From Paraspadella gotoi (taxonomy: Eukaryota; Animalia; Chaetognatha), in the NCBI GenBank assembly GCA_051294375.1, contig CM119266.1, forward strand, positions 23,260,413 to 23,324,174: DNA of 63,762 nucleotides, in the 5' to 3' direction. The notes under the pieces were generated by a model, which saw only the letters and a list, made by a program, of their open reading frames with translations, ran no database searches and had not been told where the DNA came from. Shown here in pieces: positions 23,651 through 37,484 of the stretch. Made by a program: the position numbers and the translations under genes. Every line of letters begins with the position of its first letter. Within the stretch, counting starts at the first letter, position 1.

Positions 23651-25465
23651 CCTCCAAGACTTTTGGACCTTCACTGCGGTCGACGTTGTGCTCGCCGTTT
23701 TCCTCTCCACTTTCCTCGGCATCTCTCTCTGGCGAAGCGTCAAGATTCGCGCCGCCGCGCAAGAGGCGGCCGAGGCGCTGACGGCGCCGATTACCGACTC
23801 AGCCTTGATTCTCGACGTGTTGGGACCCATCCTCGCCTGGCTTCTCTATCTCATTGCGCAAGGATTTAAAACTGTTATCATCTATAGCGGTTCGTTTTGA
23901 CCATACTTGTTATCATAGTTCTTTTCCACAAGGGCGATTCATATTTTATACTTATTTATGAATTACTTTTCGACCAGCGCTTTTTACGTAAAAATTATCC
24001 GTAACCTTCTTGTAATTTTCAAGGCTTCGCCAATGCAAGCAGCTCCATCGACTTTGACGCCGACGTCTTACCCTGGAATGCCACTGACGCGATAGAATTG
24101 ACTTACATCGCTGACGAATTTAAATGGGGAATCTTTTTGACAGCGACCATCTTTTTCGTCATCGCGCTCGCAAACCTGGGAGAAGGTTGTTTTTTGTTTT
24201 GTTTTTTTTTTTCGATCGTTTGTTTGTATTGTGAGTTATTTTCTGTTATATTGTGGCGAATCCCAAAATTTGCCTCCCGTATAGCTTGGTGAAACTCACC
24301 CCGTCCTATTGGCTTACACAGCTCAGTACTCGTTCCCCAACCCGTGAGTTTCGGGTTCAATCCATTCACGGTCACACTGGTTAAAGTGAGAGGGTGTCGG
24401 AATTAACACGCCAGTGACTTGGGTTGGGCACTGCAGGTCCAAAGCCCTGAACGCCAGCTGTCGGCAGATGCCTCACACCCCAGGCATCACACATGTCCCC
24501 CCCGTTGCCATAATATACTTAATATTATACTTATTCTTCTTTCAATTGAGTCGCTGTCTCCTAAAATAAATAAGTATGACTAATAATATTTTTTCTTCGT
24601 TATACTTACTTACTGTTCGTGTATGTTCATTTTTTATTTACTTTAAATTAAAGTAAATAAAAAATGAACATACGCGAACATTAATATTGAGGATATTACG
24701 CAGGTCAAAATAGACGAAACGCGTATTTGGTCGCTGGAACCATGTTAATATTTTTCGATTTCTTGGACACGACGACTTTCGTGGACATTTGTTTCGATCT
24801 TGGTTACCAAAAGGCAAGGTCTTAATTTAAACGGACGAAAGCAGCTTAAATTAACTTATGATGATACCATTTGTTCTCGTTTTCAGCTTCGCAATGTCTC
24901 CACCATTCGCGTAATGGCGCTAGTCATCTATTGCTTGAGCCTTTGTTTTCCACTGTACGCCGTTTCCGAAATGATGAGAACGAGATTCGGCGTTTGCGAG
25001 ATTTATAGAAATTTCGAGGCGAGTTAAAATTGACGAAAATAGCAATAAGAATTACAACAATAACAACAAAAAAACATAAATTTAAAAAAAAAAATTACTT
25101 TTCAAATTAATCGTTTAGCAGCGAGAAGTTTTTTTTTCTTTTTCAACATTTTTTTTTTATTTTATAAAAAAAATTGTTTGAGCAAATTAGAATTCGTCCG
25201 AATCTGGGGTGGGGTGAAAAAGTCCCAGACTTACCTGCCTTACCCATTCTTACAGGTGACTTACTTTGTATCCCGAATGATCCTCGTCGACATTCCCCTC
25301 GTCGTCCTTCGATCCATCGCCGCCCACTACCAACTCTTCGTCGTCGGTCAGATCCTCTTCGTCACGAGGGCGTTCCTCGTCAAGAATTGCGTCTCGATCC
25401 TCGCCAGCCTTTGGCTCTTGTGCCAGTTGAACCCGGGGCGTCGTTTAAATTATAGCGTCTTGTAA
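23651..25465 (+). CDS. TMEM121/CECR6/TMEM26-like multipass membrane protein, paralog 1; 5' exon uncertain
   Basis: Exons 23651-23889, 24024-24185, 24704-24813, 24887-25018 and 25256-25465. Motifs FDFLDTTTFVD, LSLCFPLYAV and VDIPLVVLR...AFLVKN; colinear with paralog 2. The family name was assigned from memory of motifs. Confidence 0.75.
24252..24512 (+). mobile_element. Solo LTR of twister/tRNA-like TRIM family C, TSD ATAT (intronic)
   Basis: Termini tgtggcga...ttgccata flanked by atat (24248-24251, 24513-24516); B-box ggttcaatcc; twister-like motif inside. Confidence 0.72.
24377..24457 (+). ncRNA. Twister ribozyme (P5-type), family C, partly decayed; predicted cleavage 24404|24405
   Basis: ctgg-ttaaa-gtga-ga-gggt...U|AA-cac-gcc-[agtg/cact]-g-cagg-tccaaagc-cctg-aacg-ccag. 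P2 cac/gtg; T1 imperfect. Confidence 0.65.
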
Positions 25466-27210
25466 ATTATATATTTTATGTGCGACGTGAGTCCGCCAAT
25501 CAAAAAAATAAAAATAAACTTCTATAATCCATGCATTATAATTGTTAATTGTTATATGTTTTCCGGTTTGTAAATCTAACAATATATTTAAATCGACTCA
25601 ACTTGCGAAACTCCAAGCAATTGTATTTAGAATTTTTTTTTTTTAAACTTATTTAGCTTAGCTTTATCTCTCGTGGTCAGAATGGTATGAATTTTAATTC
25701 TAGATAATATCTGATATATATTTTCTCCTCGCATTACTCAGCAAACTGACAATCGAGAAAAGAGTGATCGCCCAGTGTGATTGATATTCGAATGAGGAGC
25801 AGACACCATCGAAAGTGGAGGCAGGAGCAGTCATCGACGAAGGCGTGTTCGAGCGACTATTGAAAAACCCCTCATAAATTTACAATTGTCAATGTTAATT
25901 GCTGCAGACAAAAACTGAAATCTTGTCCATTAAAATTCTTTTCAGGAAGAATGGGGATTTATTAACGGCGAGCCTTCGAATTTATGATTTGGAGGTAGTG
26001 AGTCACGTTTATACTACTTTGCTTTATCCTTTTTCCTTCCTTGTCTCCCTGTCTCCCTCTCCTTTTATTCCTGTCTCCCTGCCTTCCTCTCTCCCAGAGT
26101 CCCTCCAAGCCTCTTACATTTTCTATTACATTTACATTACGTTACATAAATAAAATCAAAAATAATATTTTTTTTAATCTAAAAAAAAATAAAGATGTGA
26201 AACAAGTAATTTTGCAACTTTCATTTCATTCATATGCCCTCTGTCCTCCGAAGTTCTGACCCCTCTTGCCAAAAAAAGAATAAAATCCAGTTCAACAACA
26301 AAAAAAAAAACCTAAAAACAAAAACAAAAAAAACAAAAAAAACAAAAAAAAAAAAGATTCTGCGATAAGAACTTCTGTCAGACTCCGATTTCAAATTTAT
26401 GTTACGTTAGTTTAGTTTTTAATTTCAAAAAGTTCAAGCATATGTTTTATTCTTAATTTATTCACCTATTCGCATTTTTTCGTCTAGTTTTGATTTAGTA
26501 GTTTTAGAAATCGACTGATATCTAAAGGAGAAACAGTTCACCACATAACGGCTAAAAAATGACAAATATCTTCTTCGTAGTTATTTTTTTAAATATTTTT
26601 AAAATTACACATTTTTAAATAATGCTTTGTCTCTCAGGAAAAAGAAATCGCATTTTTTATCCATCTTTTTAAGTAAATCTCGACATTTTCGTTTCGAGGA
26701 ATCAAAATGAATTACCGTATGTTCGTTGTTACTTTCTTTGTTTCCGAGACTGAGAAATGATTGTTTGGTTTTAACCTCCGAAAAAAAGCCGAAACAATTT
26801 TCTCGATTCGGTCGTCGTCCAATTTCCCCCCCCCCCAAATCCGTTCGACTCTCGACGTTTCCTAGTTTTTCAAAATATCATCGACTTGCACTCCCGGCTT
26901 CACCGTGACCATATATCAGCCCAGAGTTCGGTGAAGGCTTCGGGATTAAGCCTTTGACTCCTCAATCGTTTGTGAAACCCCCTTCTCTTCACCTTTTAAG
27001 ATTCTAGGCTTCATCTCTTCCTCCTCCTCCCTCTCGCCCTCTCCCTTCCTCTGTGCCCTCTCGATAGTCGACAGTTTTCACCCGACGAAGTCATAGCGTC
27101 AAAAACTCCAACGAATCGAAAGAAGTTTGTCTGAATCATCCTCAGTTTTTAACTTTGAAAATAAACTCAAAAAAATAAAATAAATAAAAAGAAACCAATC
27201 TGAAGGAAAA

Positions 27211-29069
27211 ATGGATTCCGTATTTGGGGATCGACAATCGGTGGCGGTGATATTTGGGCTTCTTTATGGGGCGACGGCTTGCGGGGTCGTTGTTTATCAG
27301 GGAAACATGCACAACGAAATCCTTAAGAAAATGTTTTCCGAAAGGTAAGTTAAGTACGGTAAGGTAAACTCTGTTAAACTTGGCAATTATTATTAACATT
27401 TGCCTTGAGCCGAGAAAGTAAAAAGAAAAATAAACCAAATTCATATAAAAAGTAGGTTTAAAGATGTTTGTTACAGTTGTCATCTGTTAATCTTATACTT
27501 ATCCATTTCAAACCCGAGTTGATACTTTTCTTACTCAGCGGTTTATTGATCGGCTTCACCGTCGCCGACGTCGTCATAGGCCTTTTCATTCTGCTCTTCG
27601 TCTACGAGTCTCACGTGACTCGGGCGCGCGTCGAGCGCCATCAAAAGAGGAGCCCTCTAGCCCGAAACGACGCCGCTCTTGAAGACACAAACACTCTCGT
27701 CGACGTCGTCGGCCCGACAGTCGTCTGGTTCGTCTACACCGGCGTTCTCGTCGCCAAAGTTGCTCTGATCTTTTACGGTAAGTTGGGAAGAGGTTAACGC
27801 AAATGATGTATTTATATTTCTCAAATCCTTTTATTTTTTTATTTACAAAACCGTAATAACCGTAATAACCGTAATAAAAAAAAATTTAAGTTCAATTTTC
27901 AACCGTTGCCCGGATAATTAACAATATTTATTTTCCGATGTCTTTTTACGATAGCGGATAATGTTTGAAACGTTTTTACTTTTATGTAAAAAAAATTATG
28001 CCTCGCTTACTTTTAAAAAAAAAATCAGATTTTTTGAAGAGAAATGCAGACTAAAACGATCAAAAAGTGTCATTACAATGGTCATAGATAGACATTAGAC
28101 AATCAAATCTCTCAATGCAACAAATCGAATCTTATCGGACAGGCTACGTCCATTCTCGACCCGATCTGCTGGTCGACTCGATCGTGAGCGACGACGTCCA
28201 GTGGGCGATCCTCTTGACCGCCGGCGTCTTCTTTGTCGAGATCTGCTCCAACGTCTCGGCCGTCTCGGCGCCGGATCGCGATGTCTTCCTCGTCTCCGGT
28301 TCCTTCGTCGTCTTGATGGATCTCTTCGACTCCACGGACATTTTGGATCTCTGGTTCGACGATGAATACGAGGAAGTGAGTAGAAGGGATGGGAGGTGAT
28401 TGGAGGTGATTGGTAGGGATGGGAGGTGATCGGAGGTGAGTTGAAGGGATGGGAGGTGATTGGAGGTGAGTTGAAGGGATGGGAGGTGATTGGAGGTGAG
28501 TTGAAGAACCATCGGCTAAGTTTTAATCGCTCTCAATTACATTATTTTTTTTTCTATTACTCTTCAGTCAATGCCATATGAGCCTCTTGTGACTATATAA
28601 TATATACTATATATATATGACAACAGATTTCCTCGATCGCTTCCCTTCGCTACGCCGCCGCTTTTTTTCACTGCGTCTCTCTTCTCTTCCCCTTTTTCGC
28701 CATCGTTCAAATCATGAAGTCGCGATACGGAATCTCCGAAATGGAGAAGCGATTCGAGGTGAGTTAGATTGGGATCGGGTAAGTATAGGTCGACGCTGAA
28801 AAAAGTTGAGCATCAAAGACGAATTATTATTTAGTTATAAATAATGTATGGTGTCTTTTACCCCTCTATCACTTACCCAGACCTGCTACACGCTGCTGCG
28901 CGCGGTGACTGTAAATCTGCCTTACCTCGTCCTCCGCTGCTTCGCCGCTCACACTCAGCGTAGTCGCGATCATCACGTCAAATTCCAGACGAAGGCGTTG
29001 ATCGCCAAAAACGTCTACGCCATCGTCTGCGCTGCCACCGAAGTTCAGCGGAAGCGTCGAAGGATGTGA
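27211..29069 (+). CDS. TMEM121/CECR6/TMEM26-like multipass membrane protein, paralog 2 (complete 5-exon model)
   Basis: ATG at 27211. Exons 27211-27344, 27539-27777, 28143-28375, 28627-28758 and 28881-29069 with GTRAGT donors and consistent phases. Motifs MDLFDSTDILD, VNLPYLVLR and ALIAKN. Confidence 0.82.
28381..28505. repeat. 30-bp G-rich intronic minisatellite (gggatgggaggtgattggaggtgagttgaa) x ~4
   Basis: Visible tandem copies. Confidence 0.9.
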
Positions 29070-30489
29070 AAAGGGAAAAGTGATTGGTTTGCAGTGAGAA
29101 TTATTGAAATGAAAACAGACGTAATTCCATCAAGACTTTTTTATTTCCCACTCCTCCCTGTTAAAAATTTAATTTTGATTTGTAGGAGTTACTGTTAAAA
29201 AAGAAAATACGTATTTTGGCGCAATAATTTTATGCCAAATATTGTTTTTATCATCAAAATTTTAATGCGACATGATAATTGTTGAAAATGCTGTTCGTGT
29301 TGATTTCATTCCACATTTTCCCATTAACGTTGTTTAATCCATTCTTTGTAGACGAGTGAAAATATTAACATTTAAAATTATTTCCTAACTAGTTTTTAGT
29401 AGTAGTTTTCTGAGTTTTAGTTAACTCTCATTTAAAAGTAAATGATCCTCTCGTCCCACTATTCTTTTGTTTTTAGCTCAGAAACTAGTCAAGAGATTGC
29501 AGCAGTAACTCAAGTTTAAGAGAACAAAAGACCATTCTCTTGAAGTGCGTGCATGCGACGGAAATGTTTCTACAAATTGTAATTAAAAAAAATAAAAAAA
29601 ACAACATTTAGTTATTAGTATTGTTTGTCGATAATAATAGTTGTACTACTTTTTTATTAGTTGTTTTTTTTTCAAATATTGGACTAACACCTATGTAATT
29701 GAAGAAAGAATAGCGAAACATCTTAAAAGGAGCCAGAAAGGAAAAAAAAAGAAGAGAAAAACTCAGAAATTCGGATCATGCGCGGCGCAATACCGAACAG
29801 GGAACACGGCGGCGTCGGATAGGAAGAGAAGGTAGCGGCTGGAGTTGCTGATCGTAATCGGAATACGGAACTAAGAGCAAAAGGGAAGAGGGGGAAAAAA
29901 TGGGGATGAACGCGAGATTGTAATTTTATGTAAGGAAAATAAGAAGGAAATGATAAAGGGTGATTAAACCAAAGATCAAAGGATTGTATGCATCTGGAGA
30001 GAGTGTAGGAGAGGTAATATTCTCTGCCAAACTTAAAACATGTAACTTTCAATTAATTATCGAAATAATCTATCTACAAGTTTTTAGTTTTTGACTTATA
30101 TATTTTGTAAAGAGAGTCTGGCGGTTAACCCAACAGAAGCTTGAAATTTCGCTATTAATTGCTTTAATTTCATTTCTTGTTTTTAATAAAAGTTGGAATA
30201 CACAGTCATAGGCAACTAAATCAAAATTTGAAAGATTTCTTTGTCTTTTTCGTTCCATTTTTATTGCTGTCAAATTTATATATCGTTGCAAACGTAAATT
30301 TCAGGAAAAAGTTCGACGTGATTTAAACATTTTAAAATCGGATTTAAAAAAAAAAAAAAATCGTTTAGATTTCTTTCAATTCGCCACGTTTACATTTGCA
30401 GCGAAAATTTTCGGCGTAACAGAGTTTTAATAACTTTACTAATACACGGTGAACATCCAATTACGTTATACTAAATATCTCTCTTCACC

Positions 30490-31260
30490 ATGCGGTCGTC
30501 TTACGATAATCGACGGAATTTTCTTTGCTCGTACTCGATATTCGTGGCGCTGATCGGACGTCAACTCCCATTCCAATCGGACGTCAAGACTTCCGAGACT
30601 TTCGTCTCTCCGCCCTCACCCAAACCGTGGGCCAACGAAACCGACGAATCGCGTCTTTCGGACGCCGACTGGCGCGAGCACGTGACCAGTGCCGCGTCGG
30701 TGCGAATTCCTCTCGATGATTGGAAGGGCGAGGACCTCGTCGTCCCGCGCGAAGACATTGGAGTCCTGACGATCGGTAGCGAAGACTTCGTCGTTCGCTC
30801 GTCTCCGAAGATCGGCGGCTTCGATTTGGAATGTCCCCGGTTTCGATCCGATTGCGCGGCGCCGATGGACGGAGAAGATGGCGGAGATAGTAAAGGAAGT
30901 GGCGGGGGAAGGGACGGAGATGATGGCCAAGAAAGCGGCGGCGGAAGAGACGACGACGACGGGGACGAAGGCGGCGACGACGAAGAATCGGGAGGAAGTA
31001 ACGCAGGTGGCGACAACGACGACGACGGTGACGGCAACGACGGTGAAGGAGGCGATGACCGCAATGAAATCGAGGACGTTTACGAAACGAGCGACGAGGC
31101 CGAAGACGCGGAAAGCAACGGCGAAGGCGAGGACGACCCAAGCGGCGGGGAAAGAGGAAGCGGGAACGAAGACAGCGGTGGCGGTGGGTGGAGTTGCGTT
31201 CTCCTCTCTTCGGAAGAGGAAGTAGTCAAAGGAAGATCATGGACCGAACGTCGAAGCTAA
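30490..31260 (+). CDS. Possible acidic Gly/Asp-rich low-complexity ORF (256 aa), unassigned
   Basis: The longest non-TE ORF, in a GC-rich island. Several overlapping frames are also open and no domain is recognisable. Confidence 0.3.
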   Translation: MRSSYDNRRNFLCSYSIFVALIGRQLPFQSDVKTSETFVSPPSPKPWANETDESRLSDADWREHVTSAASVRIPLDDWKGEDLVVPREDIGVLTIGSEDFVVRSSPKIGGFDLECPRFRSDCAAPMDGEDGGDSKGSGGGRDGDDGQESGGGRDDDDGDEGGDDEESGGSNAGGDNDDDGDGNDGEGGDDRNEIEDVYETSDEAEDAESNGEGEDDPSGGERGSGNEDSGGGGWSCVLLSSEEEVVKGRSWTERRS

Positions 31261-31274
31261 ATCGAGAAATAACG

Positions 31275-31311
<37 letters not shown>

Positions 31312-31327
31312 AATTCAGAACAATACT

Positions 31328-31776
31328 TGTTATCTGAACAAAAAGCATGGTTTCGGTGGCGCAAGCTTTAAAGGCACACAATAAAATTACTAACTCTGAG
31401 AGGTTTTCATATTAATATGTTACGTCCATGATTTTAAATATGCTTGCTTTTTAAGAGGCTGATCGTACCGTATCTATCTATAGTTTTTAAAAAAGTAAAA
31501 AGAAAAAAATAAGAAAAAAAAAACACATTGCTACATTACTTTTTGCTACTTAATGCTATTTGTTATCTGAACAAAAAGCTTGGTTTAGGTCGCACGCTGG
31601 AACTCGCAAGCTTTAAAGGCACACAATAAAATTACTGACTCAGAGGTTTTCATATTAATATGTTACGTCCGTGATTTCAAATATGCTTGCTTTTTAAGAG
31701 GCTGTTCGTACCGTATCTATCAAAAGTTTCTGAAAAGTAAAAAGAAAACCATAGAAAAAAATATATTGCTACATTA
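31328..31776. repeat. Tandem duplication, ~230-bp unit x2
   Basis: ttgttatctgaacaaaaagc...ttgctacattactt repeated from 31328 and from 31560. Confidence 0.85.
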
Positions 31777-34762
31777 CTTGGTAGAAATTGCGAAAGAAAA
31801 GGCTAAATACAATAATAGTGAGCTGAAAGAGATTATTAGACCTAAGCGGTGGTGATGGTTTAGGCAAGGACGAAGGCGACGGAGAAGGCGAAGACGATAG
31901 CAACGGCGAACGGCGAAGAGAATTCGCGAAAAAGTCAGCGACAAAAAAAAAGAAATATAAAAAAGAAGAGAATTTGCTTTAGCGCTGGAACAGACAAAAG
32001 GGGTTATTTGGATCCTTGGAAAAACCTGGCGCCTTTTTTTTTCAGACAAGGGATAAGAAGGAGAATAAGAGGAGAATGGATGATTTTAGGCCGAAGCGGA
32101 TTTTCGAAGAAAAAATTTCGCCTTTTTTATGATTAATGGCGAAAGTTGCTGCGAAGAAGGAAAAATAGTTGGAGAGGCAAAAAAAAAAAGGGGGCGGGGG
32201 GGGGGGAGTCTCGTGAGAAGGAATGAATATTCAATGCGCATTTTTGAACAAAGTTGTGCTTGACTAAATTATTTAATTGAATGGAAAGTAATATTTAATT
32301 GTTTAACGTATTTTGTTGCTACTGTTGTATTTACGTGGAGAAGTTTGCATTGTACTCGAGAAAGAAACATGGAAACAAAAAAACCTTTTAAAATATTGAG
32401 AGAAGCAAACAAAAAAAAATATCCAAAGCGTAGCGAGAATTTAAAAAGAAAAAGGGGGAAAAAAAAGAGAGAGTACAATGAGATATATAAAGAAAAATGA
32501 AGGGCGGGAAGGCGGAGTCTACCTCTGTGAAGTGGCGAAGGGGCTGAGAGCTAGAATTCATTTGTCAAACGCCGAACGGAGCTCTCTCGAGCAGAGAGAG
32601 AGAGAGAGAGAGAGAGATGATTAAATTCTGCCGGAAAAGATCAGTTCTGGTCTGCGCATAATTTTTTCCGAGCAGCCAGCGTTGCTAGGAACGGAAAGGG
32701 AAAGGAAGGAATGAATTTACTTGAATGGATACCGAGTTAGTAAATATACAATATACATTCATAAACATTGTACGTAAAGCTTTAAAGAGAGGAAAGAAGA
32801 GAGAGAGGACGAGAGAGAGAGGAGAGAGAGAGAGAGAAGTGAGACAGGCTGACCAAACTAAAAAGTATCTTGTGACTGTAAAAATTGTAAACAGTTTTTC
32901 AGAAAAACTCTCAGCGAACCAGACAGCCGAGTGAAGCAGACAGCTTCGCGACCGCGTTCGTCTCGAAGGTCATCTCTTATTCAAAGCCGCTAATGCATCA
33001 ACGCTTCGCCGTCAGCGGCCGACGAAATGCATCCTCACGCATCCAACGATCCGTCCGCCGGTCAGTCGGCCGGTCCGTACGCCGATCCATCCCCGCCCGT
33101 CTAGCCGTCTGGCCGGCGGGCGTCCGTCTCGAGGGAGTCTCGCCTCTTCTCAGTCGAGGATCCATTTGGGGCCACGAAGCGGATTCTCTCGCCGCCGCCG
33201 CCGCCGTGGGGAAGGGGGCTTTGTTTCTCGGTGTCAGCGGCGAGGGCGGCCTGAGACTGAGAGGCGAGGGAGCCCAAAGTGTTACATTTTTTGTAAAGAG
33301 ACCACCAGGTTAATTTCCAACCCCTTTTACCCGCCCATCTGATAATATATACCGCCATTCGTTTCAGCGTTCATGGGCCCTTCGTCTAAGCGGCAAGGAG
33401 TCTTCGAAGTTGTGCAAGAGCCGGTAAATAGAATATCAACCGTAATAATTAACATTAAGTCCTATATAACTTTATAATTCATGAAAACGCTGTAGTGAAC
33501 CTAACGTTTTAGCGTTTTTACCAAGCAAAAGACCATCTTTCACTTTATACAAAACTCGTAGTAAAACAATTTTTATTTATAAATGTGTTCCCTTTCAAAC
33601 TGTGATATAATTTTACACAAGGATGGAGCTTATCAACAATATCCTTGATAAAGGATAAGCTCCAATTTTACTTTCACCTTCATCACCTGCTACTTTTTCA
33701 AATCCCTGTGGACAAAATTAATCACGTGATCTTCGATGAAACTCGTCACGTGATTTCGATTCGAATTGAAACGAAACTCGAAAGTCGAACTCGAATCCCA
33801 TAAATTTCTATTTGATTGAGAGTCAAGCGATAAATTAAAGAGTCGATTCGATCCGCGATCCAATTCGGGATCAGAAACGGATCAGCGTTCGGATCGAGGA
33901 ATTTGTCACTTAGTGAAAGACTGACGATCGATTGACGAAGTTTAGATAAAACAAAATATGACATTTAAACGTTATCCCGTGTCTTTTTCTGATCCTGATT
34001 AAAAAAAATTATTTTCCGCGGTCCCATAATGATATTCTGTCACGCGCTTCCGTTTCCATCAAAGGAGACTCCCTATTCTCCCTTACTCATCACCCTCCAT
34101 CCCCTATCCCTTTTACGAAATTCCCCTTAATCCCTGCAACCCCTCGACCACCGCCCGTCCCCTCCACCCCCTTTCCTCCCTTTCGCGACCTTAATCCCCC
34201 TTCGCTACTTGACAACCCCATTTTTCAAATCTCCCACCCTTCTCATTATACTGGCCGGTCATCCTCGAGTCGGGTCCGCCCCCCCCTTTCTACCGATGGC
34301 CCCCCCCCAGCCTCGCGTTCATCAATCAGTCTGGATCCACGACGTCGGCGCTTCTCTGTCGCGTCTGGCGTCCCGCCGCCGACACCGCCGCCGCCGTCTC
34401 CCTCAGTGCCGCCACCGTTGACGCTCCGCCGCCTTTGAGATGCGCCGTCGCCGCCAAGGACGTCGTCTCCGCCTTCGTCGACGTTCACGATGATGTCGTC
34501 GCTGTCGTCGTCGTCATCGTCGTCAAGAGCGCTTCTTATCTTTATTAGAAATTCAAAGTTGTTAACATTACATACATACAGTTTGATAAAAACTTAAAAT
34601 AAGATGTCATCGCCAAGTATCGAATTATCTTGTTATGATCATGATCAATAACGTAGTCGTTGTTATTGTCGTCGTCGTCGTCTGTTGTTCTTCACCGCCA
34701 TCGATAACGAAGCAGTGGCGGAACGAGTGGCGAGGGCTCGGTCATGGGTCGGGGGACGAGAG

Positions 34763-34886
<124 letters not shown>

Positions 34887-37363
34887 GGTCAATGAGAAAA
34901 AGGGAACGAGACGTAATCGCAAACAAAAACAAGGTAAAGTCAACTCAAAGTTCTTTGTCTCGTTATGTTTGCCTCTGTCTGTGACGCTGTCTTTTCTTTT
35001 AGTTTTTTTCCCTCAATGTGTCGTTACCATTGTATAGATAAAAATAGTTTTATCGATCGTTTCTTCTGAATTTGAGTCCGATTAGACCGACGAAGAAGAT
35101 TTCAACGCGAAGGATGTTATTTATGTCCATCTCCATGTCAAATCGCGTTCGTGAACGATTATCTGTTTAAAAGTATGACCATTAATAGAGACATGAAAAT
35201 GAAATTTTAAATAATTGGAGTAAATATTAAATATATTTATTATTTTCTTACAGGACAAAATTATTGTGACATGTTTGTATGTGTATTATACGTTTTGTAA
35301 AGAAAAATCTAATCCATAGCCCAGTATAATTGAAATTTTATTGCGAAAGGAAGCGGAAGTGAACACATATCAGTTATTACTTAATTAAGCTATGTAAAAT
35401 CATTTTTTTTATGAGTTCACGGTCTCAAAAGAAAAATTGAAATCTGCTTTTTGGGCGTTATCGAGGTGAGAAATCAGAGGAGGAAAGGCGAAGGTTAAAA
35501 AGGAAATATGGAGGAAAGGAAAGAAAAAAAAGTAGAGGGAAGTGTAAGGAATATCAAATGTAAAATCACAAAGAATATTAGTTAAAATATAGATGAAATA
35601 CATTTTGTTAAAAACGCTAATAAGTAAAAAAAAGATTTAAAATGTACTGAAGCGTCCGCAAATATATACGTAATAAAAGGGTAAAAAAAAAGAATTAGGA
35701 ACCATCAAAATATAAAAGATGAAAACAGCTACGTAGAAATAAAAAAAATAAGTAGTACAATGAAGGTACAATGAAGATAAATGTGAACAAAAGAAAAAAA
35801 ATTACAACCTTATATATAGAATTCAAGAATAAAATTAAAACTAAGTAAATCGATTAATAATTTAAAATTAGATCGCTGATTCCTTTTCCTCCTCGTCGCG
35901 AATTAATCACTCTGCCCTTACCCAAGCTTCGCAGCTTTACTCACTCGCCCCTTTTTTTCACTTACCTCCAAACGATGATGAAGATCTCTCTCTCTCCCCC
36001 TTCACCCCGGATGTCGACGAAAAGGACTTTCCCGGATGTCATTGAGCGACTAGGTGACGCCGACGCGCGAAGACTTTTACGACGATCTTCCTTTTTTTTC
36101 CAAGAGCCGAGACTTTCTTTTTTTTTATTTCTTTTCTTTTTTATTATCATTTTTTTTTATTCTGCAAGACTCCTTTACATTCGCTTATCCTTCCGCGAAT
36201 GACAGGCGAGAGTGACGCCGACGACGATGACGACGACGACGGGCGGATGACCTTCCAATGACGTCATCATTAACGAGGTCACGTGACCGAGAGGACGAAG
36301 GAAGTTTAGGTCGACGACATCGACGACGACGACAACTTTGACGAACAACGAAGTATAGAGTTCAACACAACAACATAAAGTGAAGCGAATTATAACTTAT
36401 ATCTAAATTACCTAATGTGGTTTAAAAAAACAAAAACATTATCAGTTTAAAGGAAAGTAAGACTATGCGAGCGAAACTTGCAACATATCACTTTCGCCCA
36501 CCCAAATCTCTGATAAAACCGAAAGTGCCTCCTTCTATACACTTCCTCCTCCTCCTCTTCTTCTCCTCCTCCTCCTCCTCCTCCTCTCATCCGCGCATTG
36601 AAATTCAGTTGGAATCATCGGCGGCCATTTTTATTCTCGGGTGGACGCTTTCCCGCCTTGGGCTGGTCGGGCTGGCTGGCAGGGTGGGTTGGCTAGGTTG
36701 ATGGGCTCGGGTTGGGTGGGCCGGTTTAGAGTTGGTGGCGGCTTCAATGTTAGTTACGGTTTTAACTTTGCGAAGCAGGAGTTTTAACTTTTAAGCATTG
36801 CGTCGATGCGGGTTCTTGGTCGAGAGTCTTGTATTTGGTAAACTTATGACTTAAAATATGACATTGATAATTAATTTGTTCTTGTTGTTTATGAAAAAAT
36901 GCGAACAAAGATAGGGTTTTAATAGTTCGTTATAAAATCGACAATTGCTTTGTGACTTTGTCGACTTTGTGAACTATTCTCTAAGGGCGTCGTGGCAAAA
37001 CCCACAGACCGAGATATCGCCTCATAAGCTAAGGGACGATTGCATCAGGGATGGAAAATCTGGTTCGTTTGGTTCTGTTTCGCGACAGGAGAAAAGACTG
37101 AGTTATGGAATTTGTTTTTTTTGTATTAAATAAAATTATTAATTTATTTTGCCCTTGATAAAACATAGCTTCGAAATATATAGAATTCCAGCTAATATAT
37201 TTTCACCTTTTAAATCTTTTAAATCTCGCTTCTCGATTTTCTTGCGCTCATATCGCACCCGCTCGTTCTTTAAATGAAAATTTCTTACATTCAAAAATCC
37301 GCGGACGATCGAAGCTTAAGTTAAGTTAAGCCTTAACTACATTCACGAGATTCACCCTTGATG

Positions 37364-37484
<121 letters not shown>

